Source: a virus
Taxonomy: Duplodnaviria; Caudoviricetes
Length of the DNA: 49,617 nt
Strand: one strand, 5' to 3'
IMG/VR virus record: IMGVR_UViG_3300031953_000026
Span: 1 to 49,617 of that record
This document shows, one piece after another, positions 44,974 to 49,617 of this stretch. Below the pieces are notes generated by a model. That model made no database searches and was not told the DNA's origin. It saw nothing but the letters and a program-made list of their open reading frames with translations. Numbering within the stretch: position 1 is the stretch's first letter; each line of letters begins with the position of its first letter. The position numbers and the translations under genes are program-made.

Positions 44974-45378
44974 TTAAAAGGGCAGATCATCAAAATCTTC
45001 CTCGTCTTTTCCAGTTGGTACTCGTTCAGATTCAGGTTGTGGTTTTGGTTTTGTCGCATCTTGTTTATCTTGCACAAATTCAAAGGAGTTCATCAGGATA
45101 ATGGTTTTATATTGTTTCACTCCTTCTTTATCCCAGGATTCCTGTTTGATCCGTCCTTCAACCAATACCTTCATTCCTTTGATAAAGAACTTTTCTACTA
45201 TTTCAGAAAGTTTCCCAAAGGCGGTGCAATTGTGCCATGTGGTTTCAGTCACTTTCTCCCCGTCCTTTTTATAGGTTTCAGAAGTTGCAAGGCTAAAATT
45301 GGAAACTTGCATCCCACTTGGTAAATGTTTGGTTTCAGGGTCATTTCCTAAATTCCCTATTAAAATTACTTTGTTCAT
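44974..45378 (-). CDS. ssb: Single-stranded DNA-binding protein
   Basis: MNKVILIGNLGNDPE...TTWH...DDLPF. Confidence 0.97.
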   Translation of the reverse strand: MNKVILIGNLGNDPETKHLPSGMQVSNFSLATSETYKKDGEKVTETTWHNCTAFGKLSEIVEKFFIKGMKVLVEGRIKQESWDKEGVKQYKTIILMNSFEFVQDKQDATKPKPQPESERVPTGKDEEDFDDLPF

Positions 45379-45380
45379 AA

Positions 45381-45818
45381 TTATAGATATTTACTGTTAT
45401 TTACTTGTTTTTCGATCTCTTCCAGAAAAGCCATATCATTGGGTTCTGGTAAATAAATCCCGGCTTCCTTACTGCTCCACGTTCTGAATTTATCGATTGC
45501 GATTGTGGTTTCGCCTGAGTCTAAATCTGCAAAGCTTCTGAGTGCTTCACGGACTTCACCTGATTTTTCATTGACAAATTCAGTTTTAAAGATTGCCGGG
45601 TTGACCAGTTTCTTAAAAATCTCTTGCTTTACATACTCCATGGTCTCTCCGTATTCTAAGGCAAACCACGAAAACAATAAATGAGCATAGGAATTATGGG
45701 AAACGCTTTTCTTTGGATGCTTCACTTTCAATTCTACTTTTTTATCGTTATCGAGCAAGTATTTAAACCGGGTGATCGCTTGCTCTTTTTCGTGGTTAAT
45801 AGATAGGTTGTAAATCAT
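45381..45818 (-). CDS. NinB-like recombination protein
   Basis: KKSVSHNSYAH, RSFADLD and GIYLPEP. Confidence 0.75.
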   Translation of the reverse strand: MIYNLSINHEKEQAITRFKYLLDNDKKVELKVKHPKKSVSHNSYAHLLFSWFALEYGETMEYVKQEIFKKLVNPAIFKTEFVNEKSGEVREALRSFADLDSGETTIAIDKFRTWSSKEAGIYLPEPNDMAFLEEIEKQVNNSKYL

Positions 45819-46450
45819 TAGAATTGTTGATTATTGGTTAACTCAATGATTATTTTATCCCGTAGGATTACCGCTTCTTCAATCCGTTCTTTCATTATTT
45901 CAATTCTACCTTCATTACGTGGCACTTCTATTTCGTGCCACATTTCCTGACCTTTAAAAATGATATAATTAAAGAAATAGGCTTTCTCAGAATTAGTACA
46001 TAACATTTGCATTTGCATCTGATCTATATAACCGGGATCAATTGCAATCATTCCATTTCTAACCAGCCCAAAGAATTTGTTTGACCGGGGACATTTGATT
46101 TCCAGGATTGCATTTTTACCCGCCAATCCGTCCGGGCTGGCTCCCGCATTTTTGCCGTGTGGAAAGAAGCCGCATTCCTGCACATCTAAAAATTCCAGCT
46201 CTTTTATCTCCTTGAATTTCCTAAAGGCCAACGGTTCTAAAGCATTACCCCGCTGCATATCAAAGGAGGTAAAATCTTCCTCTTCATCTTTCCCAAATAC
46301 GATTTCAACTGCCTTTTCAAAACAATAGGTTTCCCCGGTTTTATTCAGTCCTTTAATTCCCATTAATTCGCTGATCCTGGAGGCTGTGAATTTTCCGCTT
46401 CTGGCATCAAACCATTCCTGGGTACGCTGCTTAATCTCTTGAGTTAACAT
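45818..46450 (-). CDS. YqaJ/lambda-exonuclease-like protein
   Basis: QRTQEWFDAR.G.FTAS, RGNALEP, GASPDG, EIKCP and QMQ. Confidence 0.92.
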   Translation of the reverse strand: MLTQEIKQRTQEWFDARSGKFTASRISELMGIKGLNKTGETYCFEKAVEIVFGKDEEEDFTSFDMQRGNALEPLAFRKFKEIKELEFLDVQECGFFPHGKNAGASPDGLAGKNAILEIKCPRSNKFFGLVRNGMIAIDPGYIDQMQMQMLCTNSEKAYFFNYIIFKGQEMWHEIEVPRNEGRIEIMKERIEEAVILRDKIIIELTNNQQF

Positions 46451-46943
46451 AGTCTATAAATTTAGTTTCGTTTTCTTCGCTTAATTGATATACTTTCCTA
46501 ATGGCATCTACGGTTGCCCCGGCACTCCAAGCCTTTTCAAAGTTTGCCTCTGTAAATACAGGACGTTTCTTTTCGGCTTTTGGTTGGGTCGGCCTGATTC
46601 GTACCCCTCCAACAATTTCACCTTTCATTTTTACGGTGGCATCCAAATACAGCTCAACCGCTATATTATTCCAGTCCTCCACAAAGGGGCTACCTCCTGC
46701 AAATCCTTTTACTGTTTTTGAATTTGTGGCATTTAAAACAAGGGGCTTAATAGATTCCTTGAAATAGGCAATATTGTGGTTTCCCTTTCTCCCTGCCACA
46801 CTCACGTTTATCTCTTGCTTTACATAAGAAATATTAAATATCAAAGTTTTTCCTTCTTCAATAAAATCCTCTAAATCTGCGGTTCCTAAATGGTCGCTTT
46901 TAAATACCTTCCGGTAATGCGTTTTAACGTCTTTAGTTTTCAT
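46431..46943 (-). CDS. Putative single-strand annealing protein (family not recognised)
   Basis: Occupies the SSAP slot next to the exonuclease; KPLVLNATN and GGVRIR motifs. Confidence 0.5.
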   Translation of the reverse strand: MKTKDVKTHYRKVFKSDHLGTADLEDFIEEGKTLIFNISYVKQEINVSVAGRKGNHNIAYFKESIKPLVLNATNSKTVKGFAGGSPFVEDWNNIAVELYLDATVKMKGEIVGGVRIRPTQPKAEKKRPVFTEANFEKAWSAGATVDAIRKVYQLSEENETKFIDYVNSRD

Positions 46944-47199
46944 AATGTTTACTTTTCAATTGTTAATTAATGTGTTTTCAATCCTGATTATCTCGTCGTT
47001 TAACAAGCCGTAAATCCGGCTGTCTAAATAACTATCTATCATCTGTTCATCATTCGTTCTACCATTTCTTCAAATTTCTGTTCCTCCGTGGTCAGGTTCT
47101 TTGGCTCACCTTCCTCCCTGACAATTATATCTTTCAGGTCCTCAATGGAAATATATCCGTCCCTTATAAATTGATTGACCATTTGAAGGTTAAGGTTCA

Positions 47200-47418
47200 T
47201 TATTGCTTTTTAAGGGTGTTCTTCAATTCCTTGATCACTTGATCCTGTAATTTTTTTGGAACACTCCAAAGGCCGTAATTTGAAAACCACCATTTGCGCA
47301 TGGTCTTTTCCGACCTGTTCACTTTTCCGACCAACTGGTTTATAAATTCTGATTTATGATCCAGTTGCAGGAACAACTCTTTTATTTTTTCGGTCTTATC
47401 TTCCATTAGTCCTACCAT
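47200..47418 (-). CDS. Small putative DNA-binding protein
   Basis: VNRSEKTMRKWW HTH-like segment. Confidence 0.5.
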   Translation of the reverse strand: MVGLMEDKTEKIKELFLQLDHKSEFINQLVGKVNRSEKTMRKWWFSNYGLWSVPKKLQDQVIKELKNTLKKQ

Positions 47419-47572
47419 TATTTTTTTGTATTGTGATGGTTAATTACTTTTGTCAATAGCCTTTTAATTGCTATTAATCGGGTTTCCCCTTCGGTGCATA
47501 CACTGAAAAACTTTCCCTGATAAAAAGAGTTTAGGAACATTCCGTTTTGCTTTATTTCTATTCTTTGAATGT

Positions 47573-47860
47573 TCATATCCCGTTGTTTATTTTAAGACTT
47601 TCAACAGCTTTATTGAATATTTCAGTAAATTCCTCTTTTGTTATCTCTGTTTTAATTTCGTTTGTAGCAAAAGCAGATTCAGGAAATGTGTGCCCTATTT
47701 CTTTTAAGTAAGAATTGAACCCTACTTTCACAGCCCTATTTTCACTCATTATAAAATAAGCAGTGTATTCTGTTTTGAAATAATACGGTAAAGTGATTTC
47801 TACCGTTTCATTGACTGTTTTTTTAACCGATAATTGGTAGGTTGGTTTTAAGTTTTTCAT
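47573..47860 (-). CDS. Hypothetical protein
   Basis: 95-aa ORF; EITLPYYFK...EITKEEF. Confidence 0.65.
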   Translation of the reverse strand: MKNLKPTYQLSVKKTVNETVEITLPYYFKTEYTAYFIMSENRAVKVGFNSYLKEIGHTFPESAFATNEIKTEITKEEFTEIFNKAVESLKINNGI

Positions 47861-47879
47861 AATATTTATTTTTAGTTGG

Positions 47880-48161
47880 TTAATAAAATGTTGCGTATTG
47901 TTCTGAGTGGCTCATTGGCTCGTCATCACAAACCCGATCTTCCCTCTGCTCGTTTGCGAACTTGGAAACTTCCTTCCAGATTCTATGTATTTGGCTATCG
48001 CTTAGATTTGTATTGGAATTTTCCTTAACTTCGTCATTGGACAAATCAAAAGAGATATACATGTTTTCTTCGTTGTTGATGAAGCGGTAAACAGTTCCTT
48101 CGATATGTTCAACCTCCCCACCTTGAAAACCCCTTTCAAATTCTTTTTTTTGTAAAGCCAT
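47880..48161 (-). CDS. Hypothetical acidic protein (first early gene)
   Basis: 93-aa ORF downstream of the leftward promoter. Confidence 0.6.
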   Translation of the reverse strand: MALQKKEFERGFQGGEVEHIEGTVYRFINNEENMYISFDLSNDEVKENSNTNLSDSQIHRIWKEVSKFANEQREDRVCDDEPMSHSEQYATFY

Positions 48162-48164
48162 AAT

Positions 48165-48245
48165 TAATTATATTTGCGTTTATATTGTCTGTCCGTGTGT
48201 CCTACAAATATATGTCATTGTACCACATAACAAGACAATGTGATT
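48165..48245. promoter_or_regulatory. Lysis-lysogeny switch region with face-to-face promoters
   Basis: TATATTTG on + (about 48169-48177) and on - (about 48204-48211); several TGTC/GACA half-sites. Confidence 0.55.
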
Positions 48246-48271
48246 GTTAAACTTTTGTTAAAACTATTACA

Positions 48272-48688
48272 ATGTCGCATATGGAGGGATTCGAGATAAA
48301 AAAATTTAGGCAAAAACACAGGTTAACGCAGGCTGATTTAGCTGTATTGGTGGGGGTTAAGACGGGCACGGTGTCTAAATGGGAAAGTGGGATAAGAAAT
48401 ATAGGACAAAGTGCTATAAAAATAATTGAGAACTATGACCCTGATATAGGTGATGCTGTAAAAGAGGAAAAGAAACCAGACCCCAACTATGGAAGCATAG
48501 AAGATGTGATCTCCGCAAAGGTGCTGGAAGATATAATGCCTATAATAGAGGAAACCCGAAAAATGTTATTAAAATCGCTTATGGAGTTAAATATAGAACT
48601 CAGCGAAATGCGCAACACCCAGGAGGAATTATTGCGGCTTCAAAAATTAGTAAAGGAGAAAGTGGACACTATCCAACCTCCGCGCTAA
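48272..48688 (+). CDS. CI-like XRE repressor (HTH plus coiled coil, no S24 domain)
   Basis: LTQADLAVLVGVKTGTVSKWESG; divergent from the early operon. Confidence 0.88.
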   Translation: MSHMEGFEIKKFRQKHRLTQADLAVLVGVKTGTVSKWESGIRNIGQSAIKIIENYDPDIGDAVKEEKKPDPNYGSIEDVISAKVLEDIMPIIEETRKMLLKSLMELNIELSEMRNTQEELLRLQKLVKEKVDTIQPPR

Positions 48689-48989
48689 CCCCCTTTAATT
48701 CTTCTTTAAAATGCATTAGAAGTATTTTCCGCTCATTATAGGTATAGTTGTTCCAGTTGTCTTTAAAGTCTTTATAATTGGTGCGTATTTTGAAGAATTT
48801 CATTCAGTAAAAATGTTGTGGGGTTTGTAAAAATACTACATCGTTGTAGTTATGTTTTTTTAACGTTTTGTTAAGATAGTAATATTAAACAAATTCCTAC
48901 AAATAACATTACGGTTTCCCGTAAATTGTTTATAAGTAGCCCTAAAAATATATGGTTTAAATAAGGTCAACCCGGGGTTTTTCTGACTT

Positions 48990-49219
48990 AATCGAATACC
49001 AAATCGAATACTAATACTGTTAAAAATGACCGAAAAAGAGGTAAAAACAAGCCCGCAGCCCAATGAATACGTTGGGAAAAAGTGTTTTCCGGAGTGATTA
49101 CCGGGGTTTTGCTTATTTTAACAATTAACTAAACCCCCAATAAAACCAAGCCTTACCAGCGTTTTTTGAAGATAAAAAAAGCCAATCGAATACTGAATCG
49201 AATACTGTAAAAAATGACC
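48990..49219. other. Putative attP with paired integrase arm-type sites
   Basis: AATCGAATAC at 48990, 49002, 49184 and 49196. Each pair is followed by AATACTGTWAAAAATGACC. Lies directly upstream of int. Confidence 0.65.
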
Positions 49220-49223
49220 CCGG

Positions 49224-49617
49224 ATGTATCGTAATATTTCCATTTACCCAAAGTTATTAACTACTCAGAGCGTTTTCACTGAGCAGGAGAAAGCACACTT
49301 AACCCGGATTGGGTTTAGGTGGTATGTATATTTTTCCTTTCGAGACCCGGTTACTAATAAATTCAAACGGCAAAAGGCCATATACGAGAATTTAAACAGG
49401 GATTACCCCGATTTTGATGATAGGCTTGCTCAGGTAAAATTAATGCAGCAGGCACTATTAGAATCATTAAAAAGAGGGTATAGTCCGTATGATACGGTAA
49501 ACAAAAAAGAAAAAGGACTGATCAGTAGTTTGGATTTTGCCTTGAAAAAGAAGTCGGTAGAGGTTGGGTTTAAGACTATGGAATCCTATACAATAACCGT
49601 TAAGCGATTTAAAGAGT
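49224..49617 (+). CDS. int: Tyrosine integrase, N-terminal arm-binding part
   Basis: MYRNISIYPK...RWYVYFSFRDPVTNKFKRQK...LKRGYSPY; in frame with 1-933. Confidence 0.88.
   Translation, partial: MYRNISIYPKLLTTQSVFTEQEKAHLTRIGFRWYVYFSFRDPVTNKFKRQKAIYENLNRDYPDFDDRLAQVKLMQQALLESLKRGYSPYDTVNKKEKGLISSLDFALKKKSVEVGFKTMESYTITVKRFKE
49470..49617. repeat. Terminal direct repeat copy 2
   Basis: Matches 1-148. Confidence 0.95.

Noticed and set aside
49032-49183. tRNA 3'-end as the att core
   Set aside because: No convincing T-arm or acceptor sequence on either strand; the integration target cannot be read from this window.

Overview
The window looks like a complete, circularly permuted temperate siphovirus genome of about 49.47 kb; positions 49470-49617 repeat 1-148. 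The host is probably a Flavobacteriaceae/Bacteroidota bacterium, inferred from TAnnTTTG-type promoters, the lack of Shine-Dalgarno motifs and the protein families present. A tyrosine integrase spans the junction and sits next to an attP-like region. Most genes run on the minus strand in this order: repressor-divergent early genes, recombination (putative SSAP, YqaJ, NinB, SSB, NinG), replication (initiator with internal iterons, AAA helicase-like protein, two DNA methyltransferases), many small accessory genes, packaging and head (TerS, TerL, portal, MuF with a toxin-like extension, scaffold, decoration, MCP), tail (frameshifted chaperone, TMP, fibre, LamG and acetylesterase modules) and lysis. 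Plus-strand accessory islands with their own promoters interrupt this backbone (1.1-2.6 kb, 19.1-21.8 kb, 27.2-28.2 kb). The most unusual signals are: (i) an integron-attC-like hairpin and cassette of apparently inverted polarity, ending at a 48-bp site that recurs in the second island with its 7-bp core flipped; (ii) a single gene bracketed by directly repeated 11-5-11 palindromes; (iii) an Ig domain apparently split between two consecutive tail proteins; (iv) several recurrent junction motifs and paralog families with conserved ends and variable middles; and (v) a tRNA-like RNA with a GNRA hairpin in place of a normal anticodon arm. All functional calls come from reading motifs by eye; no database searches were run.
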